From IMG/VR virus record IMGVR_UViG_3300031857_000010, positions 62,001 through 126,000 of that record: 64,000 nucleotides of DNA. One strand, given 5' to 3'. The notes under the pieces are model-generated. The model worked only from the letters and a program-made list of their open reading frames with translations. It was not told where the DNA came from and searched no databases. Below are positions 18,401 through 28,656 of the stretch, one piece after another (the stretch's first letter is position 1; every line of letters begins with the position of its first letter). The position numbers were made by a program, and so were the translations under genes.

Positions 18401-21400
18401 CTATAATATTTAGATGCTCTGTTGTGTTTTCCATTTATAATAGTATTAAAATCATAGGCTGATACTCCGTATGCTATATTGTGTTGACCATTTAAAATTA
18501 AACTATATGAAGTACTTGCTGTATTTCCAGAACCATTTACTATTGATGAAAAATTACCATTTATTATAAAGTTATTTCTACCATTATCGATAGTTGAATA
18601 ATCAGTTTTAATTGTGTTGCCAGTTCCATTAAAAATACTTGACTTCGATTTGCTATTTCCAATATAATTATATTCGCCATTAATTATAGTAGTATAGAAA
18701 CCATTTACGGCTGTATTAAATTTACCAGTTCCAAAGAAATTAAATCTACCAAAATTTGAAAAATTATTTTGTCCATTTCCTATAAACGAAAATCCAAAAT
18801 TTACATTAGATGTAAATGCCGTATTATTTTGTCCGTTTGTTATAACATTGAAAGCTCCTTTTGTTGTATTTCCAGAACCATTAAGTATTGTACTAAATGA
18901 AGAATTATTATCATAAGAATTTACATAGTTGTAAGCCCCATTACCTATAAAAGAATAAGCAAAATTTGTTAAATCTTTTGTGGAATTGTTTTTTCCATTT
19001 ACTATTGTTGAAAAACCTCCTTTGGCAGTATTTCCACTTCCATTTCCAATGAATTGATATCCTCTGGTCAGATAGGAACTTGCAAATGTTGAATTTTTAT
19101 ATCCTCCACCAATAATAAAAAATTTAGTTTTTCCTGAATTGTATTTACCGTTTACAATTGTGGCATATTGTGTAATCGCAGTATTTGAATTACCATTTAA
19201 AATTGATGTATAAGAATTATCTACGTAATTGTTATATCCATTTCCTATAAAAGAATGTTTTCCAGATGCTTTATTATCTCTTCCATTAACAATGGTTGGA
19301 AATAAAAATTGCGTAGCAGTATTTCCTGAGCCATTTATTATTGAAGAATATTTAGAATTAGCGTTGTTATATATTCCTTGATTAATTATAGAAAGTTCTC
19401 CATCTGCTACATTGTATTGTCCATTGATAATTGAAGCTCTGAATCCATCAGCAAGATTTGCTCTACCATTAATTATTATTGATGTAACTGTTTTTGCAGA
19501 ATTCTCAATTCCGTTTCCTATGAAAGATCTTAAACCGCTTGCTGTGTTTCCAGATCCATTAATTATCGTTGACCAATTACTAGATCCTGTATTTTTTATA
19601 CCTGAACCTATAAATGAATATTTCGAACCACTTTCAATTAAATTCTGATATCCACCTATGATAGTAGAATATTGTGATAATCCAGAGTTTGATTTTCCTG
19701 CTACAAGTGCAAAATTAGAAGAAGCTTGATTGTCTCCTTTTTGTAATTGTACAGCCATGGTTGCAGCAGCATATGTGCTAGTGCTTGTTCTTCCGCTTTC
19801 CCACAATGTGTGTCTAATACCAAAAGTATCATTAAGTGTAAGTCCTGTTACAATTTCTATTGCAGTTCCAGCTGAGATGTTAGGTGCTGTTTGACCAGTA
19901 ACATTTATTGTAATATAATTATTGTTAAGTGATCTTATTACTTGAACATTGGTACCGGCAGAAATTGTTCTTAAATATACTACCCCTAAGTTTTGATTAC
20001 TGTAAATATTTCCATCAGGAGATCCGGCATTACCTAGATTGTTAAAAGTCAGTCCGTATCCACCGGGTATTGTTATACCTGTTTTAAATACATATCCATT
20101 ATTGTCAATGGTTAAAAATTGAAAAGGTGTAGGTGGACCTTGGTATATATTTGTAATTCTTAAATATGGTACTGCAGTTGTATCTGCTGTTAATGCAATA
20201 GAAATGTTTTTGCCTCCGGTGATAGTAGATCCTGATTTAAATATACTATTGTTTAAACCATTTATTATTGTAGAATAATAAGTATTTCCAGTTGGAATGT
20301 AATTATTCTTACCATTAATAATTGAATTATATCTTGTTTCTAGATTTTTATCATTTGAATAAATTCTGTTGTTTGATCCATTAAAAATTGAATTGAAATA
20401 ACTATTTTTATTACAATTCAAAACTAAAGAACAATTAATACTTGATCCACTTATTAAATTATATACACCATTTTGTATTATTGAATAGAAACTTCCATAT
20501 ATTTTATTTTTATGACCGTTGCCAATTAAAGAATTTACACCTATATTTAAATTATTTGTTCCATTTAATATTGTTGTGAAACTACTAGTTGCAGTATTTT
20601 GAATACCATTTAAAATTGTTGAATTTACATTTGTTGTTAAAAGAAAATTTATACTAGGTGGATATACTAACTCATCTAAAGTTGGAGAAAAACTAAATAT
20701 TTGATTATACAAACCATTTAATATGGATGAATATCTTAATGTTTTATCATGATAAACTTTATCACCAATTTGATTGTAAATACCACTTCCTATTAATGAT
20801 TGCTTAGATTTTACAAAATTATATCTACCGTTTATAACGTTTGAATAACTTGAATAACCAGAATTAAATTTACCTGCTAAAATATTAGAGTGTTCTGGCA
20901 AACCAATACCACTGTATAGATATACTCTGCTTAATTTATTTTTATATCCATTAATTATATCAGCATAGTTAAATATACCTATATAATTCTGATTACCATT
21001 TTTTATTGAAGAATAATAAATTACATAACCTCTATTTTGTTTTCCGTTATCTATGGATGAATAATTAGAATACTTTACATAATTTTCTTTACCATTTAAA
21101 ATTGAAAAGAAATTTGTAGTAAGGGCAGAATTACTAGAACCATTTTTAATTGAGCTTTTTGAAGAATTTTTTATATAATTATCTGTACCCTGAATAATGG
21201 TATTAAAATAACCATCATCAATTGTATTGCCGCTACCATTAATTATTGTACCATAATCACTAGACGCACTTAAAGAATTATAAGCTCCATTTAATATTGA
21301 ACCAAATCTGGTGTTATTTTTTCCATATAAACCATTTCCTATAAAAGAATATGGTTTTGTTGAAATATTATTATAACCATTTGTTATAATTGAAAATCTT

Positions 21401-22485
21401 TCATTGGCTAAATTATTTGATCCATTAACAACAGTTGTGTATGCACTTAAGCCTGAATTAGAAAAACCATTACCTATTAAAGAAAAACCTCCATAAGATC
21501 TATTTCCAGAACCTCCAATTATAGAGGCAAAATTACTATAAGAATAATTTGAATTACCTCCAACTACTAAAGAAGAATTTCCGTTTGTATAGTTATTAAC
21601 TCCACCGCCTATAAAACTGGTAAATCCGGAAGATAAATTAGAATAACCACCAACAACTGTTGAATAGTATCCATATACACTATTTCCAGTTCCGTTTAAT
21701 ATAGAGGAAAATCTAGAGTTATTCGATATAAAATTTAAAGAACCATTTCCTATAAAAGAATATTGTGAAGTATATCCTGAATTATATGTTCCATTACCTA
21801 TAAAAGAATAAGTAGAAGATGATAGAAAGTTTTTTCTACCGCCTAAAATGTTGCCAAATTTGCTATAATTTGTATTTCCACTACCTGCCACTAAAGCCCA
21901 ATCTGCATCAGTAATATGATTGCCTCGTTGGAGTTGTACAGGCATAAAATAACTAGAATAACCACCTGTATTTGTTCTACCAGTTTCCCAAAGAGTATGT
22001 CTTATGGTTACTATGTTTGATCCACTTATTATCTCAATAGCTGTACCAGCAGATAAATTTGTATAAAAAACTGTGGTATTGGCACTAGTTGTAAGATTGC
22101 CAAAACAATCAAGAGTTACAATATCATTACAATTTCCACTTAAAGATGATACTTGAATAGTAGATGCAGTTAATCCGCTTACTGAAATATTTGGTTGTAA
22201 ATAATATGTTATTACATTTCCGGTTGAGATACCTAAATTTGTTCCTGCCGAAAAACTTCTAAAATAATATGTGACACCAGTTCTTCCCGCAAAAACAGGA
22301 AAACCATTACCTAGTGTTGAAATACTTACTGTTCCGGTCTTTCCTCCAGTACTTGCACTAAATTCATCCAAATAATATCTTAAAGAACGTAAATTTACAA
22401 CATCCTTATCGTGTAATGGATCTGCTGCATTTACACCTCTTCTTCCAAAAAAATTTACACCTTCTGGTCCTAAAAGTTCAACCAT
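15457..22485 (-). CDS. Very large tail fibre/spike-like protein with (I/V)(I/L)NGxxN beta-solenoid repeats
   Basis: 2342 aa, very many IINGxxN/FIGNG repeats, a GSS-rich linker, and structural-gene context. Confidence 0.75.
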   Translation of the reverse strand: MVELLGPEGVNFFGRRGVNAADPLHDKDVVNLRSLRYYLDEFSASTGGKTGTVSISTLGNGFPVFAGRTGVTYYFRSFSAGTNLGISTGNVITYYLQPNISVSGLTASTIQVSSLSGNCNDIVTLDCFGNLTTSANTTVFYTNLSAGTAIEIISGSNIVTIRHTLWETGRTNTGGYSSYFMPVQLQRGNHITDADWALVAGSGNTNYSKFGNILGGRKNFLSSSTYSFIGNGTYNSGYTSQYSFIGNGSLNFISNNSRFSSILNGTGNSVYGYYSTVVGGYSNLSSGFTSFIGGGVNNYTNGNSSLVVGGNSNYSYSNFASIIGGSGNRSYGGFSLIGNGFSNSGLSAYTTVVNGSNNLANERFSIITNGYNNISTKPYSFIGNGLYGKNNTRFGSILNGAYNSLSASSDYGTIINGSGNTIDDGYFNTIIQGTDNYIKNSSKSSIKNGSSNSALTTNFFSILNGKENYVKYSNYSSIDNGKQNRGYVIYYSSIKNGNQNYIGIFNYADIINGYKNKLSRVYLYSGIGLPEHSNILAGKFNSGYSSYSNVINGRYNFVKSKQSLIGSGIYNQIGDKVYHDKTLRYSSILNGLYNQIFSFSPTLDELVYPPSINFLLTTNVNSTILNGIQNTATSSFTTILNGTNNLNIGVNSLIGNGHKNKIYGSFYSIIQNGVYNLISGSSINCSLVLNCNKNSYFNSIFNGSNNRIYSNDKNLETRYNSIINGKNNYIPTGNTYYSTIINGLNNSIFKSGSTITGGKNISIALTADTTAVPYLRITNIYQGPPTPFQFLTIDNNGYVFKTGITIPGGYGLTFNNLGNAGSPDGNIYSNQNLGVVYLRTISAGTNVQVIRSLNNNYITINVTGQTAPNISAGTAIEIVTGLTLNDTFGIRHTLWESGRTSTSTYAAATMAVQLQKGDNQASSNFALVAGKSNSGLSQYSTIIGGYQNLIESGSKYSFIGSGIKNTGSSNWSTIINGSGNTASGLRSFIGNGIENSAKTVTSIIINGRANLADGFRASIINGQYNVADGELSIINQGIYNNANSKYSSIINGSGNTATQFLFPTIVNGRDNKASGKHSFIGNGYNNYVDNSYTSILNGNSNTAITQYATIVNGKYNSGKTKFFIIGGGYKNSTFASSYLTRGYQFIGNGSGNTAKGGFSTIVNGKNNSTKDLTNFAYSFIGNGAYNYVNSYDNNSSFSTILNGSGNTTKGAFNVITNGQNNTAFTSNVNFGFSFIGNGQNNFSNFGRFNFFGTGKFNTAVNGFYTTIINGEYNYIGNSKSKSSIFNGTGNTIKTDYSTIDNGRNNFIINGNFSSIVNGSGNTASTSYSLILNGQHNIAYGVSAYDFNTIINGKHNRASKYYSLIGSGRFNTANSRFSTVINGSGNTVHYGRKYHLIGNGRGNFISAGPSVSTILNGYDNFIRPNNAGFSSENSIIGGSGNTVGTRSGLPPNVYSLGHTILGGRNNQIADYRHSTILNGINNLITLNNGGYNLIGGGKQNTIYHARLTNSLGFNTVLAGWLNRVGFSSPTPSGTRYDTKFSQVLNGYINTARTQFTTIINGRVNLVGKDRGVIDSTYSAIFSGSANTVYGSTSIIGNGKSNLISGSTSAILNGLTNDIYSNYSAIVNGKINRVIKNNAFNSTYSGIFNGSGNTVFGDLSFIGNGTSNLISGSTSAILNGFTNDVYSNYSSVINGKINRVIKNNAFNSTYSGIFNGSGNTVYGSQSFIGNGRSNLISGATSLIGNGQDNEIFSSYSTIINGSGNTTHRLTTQSSIIGGISNYISGQNTTNIFALIGQGFLNRIIPTRGAGYSFPFSIYQPEFATILNGTGNTNKTKFSTILNGKDNYIESRGGNGNMPKTGYTTIVNGVANTAITKHVFIGTGVENYAGIFANQGNQGYNVIVNGVQNKVVRKWGSILNGFKNSATTFYSTVINGEYNLANGIKTFIAQGSGNTAGFNTYATIINGKNNTASGIGSFIGNGSGNTAINTYSSTINGISNKATGIGSFIGNGLSNTTLGQYSAVVNGQENITNAIRSAILNGSGNTVSAGSTNSSIVGGSANIINSNVTNAVILGSTGLSLSNPSSSSTGNDNNHTYVDYLRIRNTPNGGTKFLTIDANGYVYSSTSGGGGGTSGSSGSSGAAGTSGSSGSSGSRGTSGSSGSSGSSGTSGTSGTDKGLIAANSGYINNPNANRYYVGNSIDGGWNAVPWDLQAGINAPATLTDNSDFNCGVPLPRDIGTSYKIKVCGMAYSRGAVGVSRNLTVQLSYLLCSDFAIDARSTKAIADNEATPVGFNSTSGHACFSVSANAPVDLLACETFLYVGFQVDNTLGNTLEFSYTISYEPA
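17330..17725. repeat. 198-nt (66-aa) tandem duplication within the fibre gene
   Basis: GTATTTCCTGA.CCATTGAAAATGCCAGAATAAGT occurs at 17333 and 17531; protein repeat NRVIKNNAFNSTYSGIFNGSGNTV appears twice. Confidence 0.85.
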
Positions 22486-22556
22486 TTTAATTAAATACTA
22501 TATCTCAAGATAAATAGTATTTAAAATAAAACGAACTTAAAAATAATCAATAAAAA

Positions 22557-24098
22557 TTATTTGAAAAATATAAGAACAATACCATAATTACCATCAAAAT
22601 CTTTAAATTTATTTAATACAGGATAAGTTGTTCCGTTTTTGGCCATTCCTGTGTTTGTATCAACATCAACGAAATTCCCAGTTATTTGTTCTGAGGTTCT
22701 GACACGTAATTTTCCTAATAAACCAACAACATCCCACTCTTTTCTCTTGTCTCTTGGAATGTAATTTATTGAATGATTATAATTCGGATTGAAAATTTCT
22801 TGCTCTCTTTCTTTCACAAAAATTCCATTTTTCTTATCTAAACCATCTATAATAATTTTATTTGTATTTTCTGGGCAAGGAATATTTTCATAACAAATTT
22901 CATTTTCATCATAAAAAACAGTTTTTGTTTCGCCGTTTATTTCAAAATTATATTCATAATACTTTTCTATAAGTACATTACCCCATTCATCTTTCAAATG
23001 CATTTCATTCCAATAATCTTGATTAGAATCTCCTATGAATGCAGTAGTTGTAGAAATAATACCTATGGTATTTAAATTGTCAGATATTTTTATTTTTCCA
23101 TTAGATAAACCAACAAAATACCCAACTCTTTTTTCATCATTTTGATTTCCATCTTCCCATTCAAAAAATTCTCCGTAGTCAGCACCTGATTGGTTAAAAC
23201 TTCCCGGGCCTATTAAATTTATACTTGATGGAGATGTTCCAAATTCAATTCTTATCCTTCTTGTTGCACTAGTTCCCATTATCATGGAGTAACTATTAAC
23301 AGGTCTTAGGGGAGTTGAAGAATTTGAACCTCTTCCAAACATGTGAATATCATTTTTAGGTGTCGAAGAATTATATAAATTCGTCAAAAAAATACCATGA
23401 AATGTTGATGCTCCTCCTCTATAAATCCTATTATCTCCACCAACCACTGAATTATAATTAGAGAAACTTGCTGTAGCAGTACCTCCGGGTAAAGTATTTA
23501 CAACTACATTATTTATACCTATAACAAGATTATCTCTTACAGTACTACTTCCAGAAACTACGTTTCCATCTCCGACTATAAAGTTTCTTGATGGATTGCT
23601 TGCAGATTTTTTTATTTTATTATTAGCTCCAAAAACTAAATTACTTGTTCCGTATATTGTATTGCCATTTCCATTAGCAATGTTATAGTTTCCTCCGTAT
23701 ATTTTATTTGTTTTTCCGTTTATTACTGTACTATACTTACTTAATGTTGTTATTCCTATTTGATTAGCTGAACCATTTAAAATAGAACTGTAAGTAGAAG
23801 AAGCATTTCTTATTTGATTGTTTACTCCATTTCCTATTAAATTAAATGAGGCTCTTGTATAATTTGTTTTACCACCTATTAAACAACTATAATCTCCTGT
23901 AACAGCAGAATTATTTACACCTACAACTAAACCATAATTGCCAAAGGCAAAATTATAATTACTACCACCTATTCTACTAAAAATAGAATAATTTATAGTA
24001 TCAGAAGACCAAACACCAGTAGTGGAGTTAACAAAACTATTAACTTTTATTCTTCCTTGATCTAGGGTATCTGTGGATAATATTAATTCGTATGGCAT
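22557..24098 (-). CDS. Tail fibre/appendage protein with C-terminal Peptidase_G2 intramolecular chaperone
   Basis: GADYGEFFEWEDG..AFIGDS..DEWG..YIPRDKRKEWDVVGLLGKLRVR, as in phi29 gp12-type chaperone domains; the N-terminal part has NGxxN repeats. Confidence 0.8.
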   Translation of the reverse strand: MPYELILSTDTLDQGRIKVNSFVNSTTGVWSSDTINYSIFSRIGGSNYNFAFGNYGLVVGVNNSAVTGDYSCLIGGKTNYTRASFNLIGNGVNNQIRNASSTYSSILNGSANQIGITTLSKYSTVINGKTNKIYGGNYNIANGNGNTIYGTSNLVFGANNKIKKSASNPSRNFIVGDGNVVSGSSTVRDNLVIGINNVVVNTLPGGTATASFSNYNSVVGGDNRIYRGGASTFHGIFLTNLYNSSTPKNDIHMFGRGSNSSTPLRPVNSYSMIMGTSATRRIRIEFGTSPSSINLIGPGSFNQSGADYGEFFEWEDGNQNDEKRVGYFVGLSNGKIKISDNLNTIGIISTTTAFIGDSNQDYWNEMHLKDEWGNVLIEKYYEYNFEINGETKTVFYDENEICYENIPCPENTNKIIIDGLDKKNGIFVKEREQEIFNPNYNHSINYIPRDKRKEWDVVGLLGKLRVRTSEQITGNFVDVDTNTGMAKNGTTYPVLNKFKDFDGNYGIVLIFFK

Positions 24099-24131
24099 TT
24101 TTTTTTTAAATAAATAGTTTACTAAAGTTTT

Positions 24132-25928
24132 TTACAAAAATGTTTCATTAGATAAATTATCAAATGTAAATGTTTGATTTCCCCAAATTATATAAAAAAT
24201 TAAATTTAAACCAAGGTCCGAATCAATAGTTATATAAGTGTCTATAGGTTCGTAAGCAGCATAAGCAGGTGAAGGTTGTGCTACCAATCTATAATAGCCA
24301 CCATTTAAAAATCCAAAATCAAAATATCCATCTGAGCCAGAGGTTCTATTAAATATTTGTCCACTTGAAGTTCCTACATAATCTTCAGTAACAGTTTCAG
24401 CAACAAGAGATGACGATATTCTATCAATTCTTAAATCTAAATTTGTATTATTATATATGTTCGTCAAAGTCAAAGTCACATCTGGCATAGCTTGAGTTAC
24501 AGTGCTAAATGAAAATGATGAATCAGTAATACCTGTATTTGGACTACCATCAACTACATAAAGTCCAAGATTCGACCAATTTGTTGCACTATAAACAGCA
24601 TTAACCCAATCTTGAGTATATAGTGTTCCAGTATAATCGATTGTCACAGTATTTATACCATCAGTAGCAGCTGAAATTGTATTAGGTAGCATAGTCACAC
24701 CCACATCTGTTGTTGTAAATGTAAATGTTGATGCATCTGGAGTGCTTCCCCCGATGGTCATACCAGAAATTTGATAAGAACCATTAAAAGTATTGCTAAC
24801 ATAATTTCTCCACGTATATCCAGAAAAATAATATTGTCCAGAAGATTCAATTCTTGTATAAATTTCGTCAGACCAACTTGTAATACTTTGTTTATTTCCA
24901 AAAATATTTATTATTTCTTTAGTATTTCCTATTCTATAATTAAAGTCATCATTAGCTCTTAGCGGAGTTGAAAAAACTCTCACAAATTCAGCATCTCCAA
25001 CTTGTTTATTAATAGTATAAGTATAAATTTCAGTACCCGAAAAAGGTGTATCTAAAATATCATAATTTACTTGCAATTGATAATAATCACCATCATCAAC
25101 ATTTGAAAAATTGAAGGTCGGGCTTAAGTTGTTTTGAACACCTTGAACTGCTATTAATTGTCTTCCACCAGATACATTTAAATTTGGCTTTTTAGGAGGA
25201 ACAAAATAAGTGAAAAATGCACCATTGATTGTAATTCCTGTAAATGGAGTATCTCCTGTTATTTCAAATGGACCTATATTTGAACTATAAATGGTTGTTG
25301 CACTAGGTTCCATATATAAAAATACAGGAGTATTGTTAAGAGAATCATAATAATATGCATCTCCTAAAGTTAAGTCGTTACTGCTCTCAAAAGTAAAAAC
25401 AGTATCTAATAAAAACTGATCTTTATCATTGAATATAGGTTGAGTATATTGTCCTACATCTTTGTAAAGTGTCGGAAAGCTATATGTATAAGCACTATTA
25501 AAAATTGTTAATGCAGAAACACTTTCAACAACTGACACTAATTTATTTTCGAAGAAACTTTCTATGTCACCAACTTCTTCAGTTTGAGGATTATTATAAT
25601 ATATTGTATACGCTGTAAATGGTAATCTATATAAATCATGAGAAATAGTTGTATTTCCCGTATAATCAATTACAGATGTTGTTGATTCACCTGAAAAAAA
25701 TAAAGTATATATTTTTCCGTTTGTTATATCGTAACTAATTGAATTATAATCTTCTCCATAATAATCTAAAGTAGCTCCCTCTATTTTATAAACAGGATAT
25801 AAATATGTAAAACAACTACCCAAAGAAATCTGATTAAAATAACCTGATGCATTAGATGTTAAGACTTGAGAAGATGTGTCTTGATTACCTGTTGTTTGTG
25901 ATAAATTTGTAAATATTCCTGATGGCAT
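24132..25928 (-). CDS. Putative virion structural protein
   Basis: 598-aa T/S/Y-rich beta protein inside the tail block. Confidence 0.6.
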   Translation of the reverse strand: MPSGIFTNLSQTTGNQDTSSQVLTSNASGYFNQISLGSCFTYLYPVYKIEGATLDYYGEDYNSISYDITNGKIYTLFFSGESTTSVIDYTGNTTISHDLYRLPFTAYTIYYNNPQTEEVGDIESFFENKLVSVVESVSALTIFNSAYTYSFPTLYKDVGQYTQPIFNDKDQFLLDTVFTFESSNDLTLGDAYYYDSLNNTPVFLYMEPSATTIYSSNIGPFEITGDTPFTGITINGAFFTYFVPPKKPNLNVSGGRQLIAVQGVQNNLSPTFNFSNVDDGDYYQLQVNYDILDTPFSGTEIYTYTINKQVGDAEFVRVFSTPLRANDDFNYRIGNTKEIINIFGNKQSITSWSDEIYTRIESSGQYYFSGYTWRNYVSNTFNGSYQISGMTIGGSTPDASTFTFTTTDVGVTMLPNTISAATDGINTVTIDYTGTLYTQDWVNAVYSATNWSNLGLYVVDGSPNTGITDSSFSFSTVTQAMPDVTLTLTNIYNNTNLDLRIDRISSSLVAETVTEDYVGTSSGQIFNRTSGSDGYFDFGFLNGGYYRLVAQPSPAYAAYEPIDTYITIDSDLGLNLIFYIIWGNQTFTFDNLSNETFL

Positions 25929-25941
25929 TTATTTATTTTTT

Positions 25942-28506
25942 TTATTCTGAAGGTGGAACTACTGGAGAAGGTCCTACTGATCCACCGGAACCTGTGTTAC
26001 CTGTATATAATTGAGGTATCGGAGGAGGAGTTCCAAACGGAATTCCAGATAGTGGGAATATTATGGGTGTTCCAAAAAAACCAACTTTTTGTGTGTTTAG
26101 TGTGACAGCACTTAATATATTTGATGTCACTGATACAGCATTTACTGTCATTTGCAATGGTGTTGAAACAGTTCCTATTGCTTGAACAACATTCATATTT
26201 AAGTTAATGCTATTTTTTAAATTAGACGATACGAAAGCACCAACAATATTTGCTTTGAAAATATTGTTAACGCTAGAAGTTACTACTGCACCATTTATTT
26301 GATTGTAAAATTGTGCTGGTAGTTTTGTTTGAAATTCTGAACCATCATTTATTCCTTTTGGATATACAAATTTTTGTCTATTAAATACTGTATTTCTATA
26401 AATTGTTGAAACACCTTCAAAAATGGTTGTTGCAGGTATTATTTGTTCAAAATAAACAAATATCTTAGATTCAACAAATCTTATAAATTGCTCTAATTTT
26501 CTAAAAGTTACTTGACTAGAAATTTCATAAGATGGTGCTGTCACATTCCAATAATAATAAGTCAAATATATTTTTCGCAAATTTGGATAAAAGAAATTAT
26601 GATGAGGATCAAAATAAGTTTTTCTATTTTTTACGTCTATACTATTATTATATACAAAATTCAACCATTCACTTATAGTATATCCAGAAATTTCTGGAGG
26701 TGCTACCAAATCTTCATTTGTTAATTTATAATCTGAAGGTAAATTTACACTTGTATTTCCGGTATAAAAGAAACCTAATTTGTACCAATCAAATACATCG
26801 CACTCTATAGCTGAAGCAGGATCTAATCCAATACTAACTTCTTTACTATTGACTAAATTTTCCGTTCCATAATAATTTGGATCTCCAGTATAAACTTTAA
26901 CATTGTCAACTGTTTTTATAGGATCGAATTCAGGTTGCCATTGATTTATATAATCTTGTCCATTTCCTCTACCCGGTCCACCTTCTTGAAAAGCTAAAAA
27001 ACTTTCATCGAAATTGATGTATCCGTTTTCATTAACTTTTCCAATTGGTACTGGTATAAAAGCTGTTGTTCCATCCCACCCACTTGTCGTTTGATCAGTA
27101 AGGCTTATGTTTGCATTTCTTTGAATTTTATAAACAAATTCATCAAAATTAACCATACAATCAGGTGCTCCAATAACTTTAAAAATAAACATTATTGCTT
27201 CTCTAGTACCTTTTCTTTTGTATAACCAATTTATATTGGTCAAGATTCTTCTCCAGAGATCTAAATTATAGTCTTCTAATGTTTTATTACTATCATCTTC
27301 TTGTCCTAAGTATTCAAAAAAATCAGTATCAGTGAAATTAATCGGTTGTTTCCATCCTAATAATTCTGTTAATCTACCAATGAATTTATTTGATACTGTT
27401 TCAGACTCAGTATAATTAATTGAGTGTGAAAAAGCTAAGTTATCTATATATCCTTTAATTTTATCGAATTCCTCAGCATAAGTTTGGATGAATTTATTAT
27501 ATATTTGACCATCAGAATCTAATTCTAAATAATTTTCCGGTATAATTGTTCTAACCATCCAATTTGTTTTTAATTGGTCGGTTAAAGTAGCATATTTTAG
27601 AATTTCATCTAAATAATTATCGAAATTTGTTCCATAACTGTCAGGTGCAAAACCATCAATAGTTCTTGGCCACTCTATCAATTTATCAAAAAATTTATCG
27701 TTTTCTGGATTTGGAACGCTAAATTTTCCAACTTCTAATAACTGGTATTGTAAATTATCAAGACTTCTTTTATATTGAAAATACCTTTTTTTTGATGGTC
27801 TAATATAAATTGCATCAGTTGTGTTCGCAGTAAAAATACCTGAAACCTTAAAATTAAGATGATAATAATTTGAGAATGCACTAAAATTATATGATAAAAT
27901 TGGATAAGAAGGGGAAGTATTTAAAGTTGTTGAACTTAATTGTATCTCAAATTTATCATAATTATCATATAAAGTTAGGGTATTAGAACTCAATGCATTG
28001 TAACTATTTCCTGAAGTAAAAATTATATTTCCTTGATTAGTAAGTGCAGAACTGATAATTGTTATTTCTGTATAACTTAATTGTGTACTTGATAATGTTA
28101 TAAAATTAGTTTCACCAACATTTCCATCATAAGCTAATAGGGCGTATGGAAAATTGTCTATGATTTTATTTATAGTATTTGCTAGTTTTGAATAATATGA
28201 ACCAAAGTATGAATAAGAATTGGGATCTGAAAGATCCAAATTCAAATCATTTATAGTTAAACCAATTGCTTCTCCAGCATTAAAATTTGAAGAAGTTAAT
28301 GAGGTTAAACTTTGTAACCTATCAAAACTTAGTGATCTAGGATCACCATCAACAATATTTGGATTAAGATCTCTACTTATTCTGAAATCTCCAAATGTAA
28401 AAATAGATTCAGTGTTCGTGTTCTGGTACAGCTTATCCTGTCCGGGAACACTTCGAACTGATAAAGTGTTCCTCACAAAAATATCTTCCGGTTCAAGCAA
28501 TACCAT
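25942..28506 (-). CDS. Putative baseplate wedge/tail protein
   Basis: RRILTNINWLYKRKGTREAI resembles the KGT motif of P2 gpI-like wedge domains. Confidence 0.6.
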   Translation of the reverse strand: MVLLEPEDIFVRNTLSVRSVPGQDKLYQNTNTESIFTFGDFRISRDLNPNIVDGDPRSLSFDRLQSLTSLTSSNFNAGEAIGLTINDLNLDLSDPNSYSYFGSYYSKLANTINKIIDNFPYALLAYDGNVGETNFITLSSTQLSYTEITIISSALTNQGNIIFTSGNSYNALSSNTLTLYDNYDKFEIQLSSTTLNTSPSYPILSYNFSAFSNYYHLNFKVSGIFTANTTDAIYIRPSKKRYFQYKRSLDNLQYQLLEVGKFSVPNPENDKFFDKLIEWPRTIDGFAPDSYGTNFDNYLDEILKYATLTDQLKTNWMVRTIIPENYLELDSDGQIYNKFIQTYAEEFDKIKGYIDNLAFSHSINYTESETVSNKFIGRLTELLGWKQPINFTDTDFFEYLGQEDDSNKTLEDYNLDLWRRILTNINWLYKRKGTREAIMFIFKVIGAPDCMVNFDEFVYKIQRNANISLTDQTTSGWDGTTAFIPVPIGKVNENGYINFDESFLAFQEGGPGRGNGQDYINQWQPEFDPIKTVDNVKVYTGDPNYYGTENLVNSKEVSIGLDPASAIECDVFDWYKLGFFYTGNTSVNLPSDYKLTNEDLVAPPEISGYTISEWLNFVYNNSIDVKNRKTYFDPHHNFFYPNLRKIYLTYYYWNVTAPSYEISSQVTFRKLEQFIRFVESKIFVYFEQIIPATTIFEGVSTIYRNTVFNRQKFVYPKGINDGSEFQTKLPAQFYNQINGAVVTSSVNNIFKANIVGAFVSSNLKNSINLNMNVVQAIGTVSTPLQMTVNAVSVTSNILSAVTLNTQKVGFFGTPIIFPLSGIPFGTPPPIPQLYTGNTGSGGSVGPSPVVPPSE

Positions 28507-28656
28507 ATTTTACTAATTTAATGTCTTTGTTTTTAAATTAAATTTTAAAATAAATAGACTTTCAAATTTTTTACAATAAAACTTTTATAATATTTTATTT
28601 TTTTTTTCTAAATCTATTTACTTTAAGTATTAAAAAAATATCTTTAAAAACAAAAA

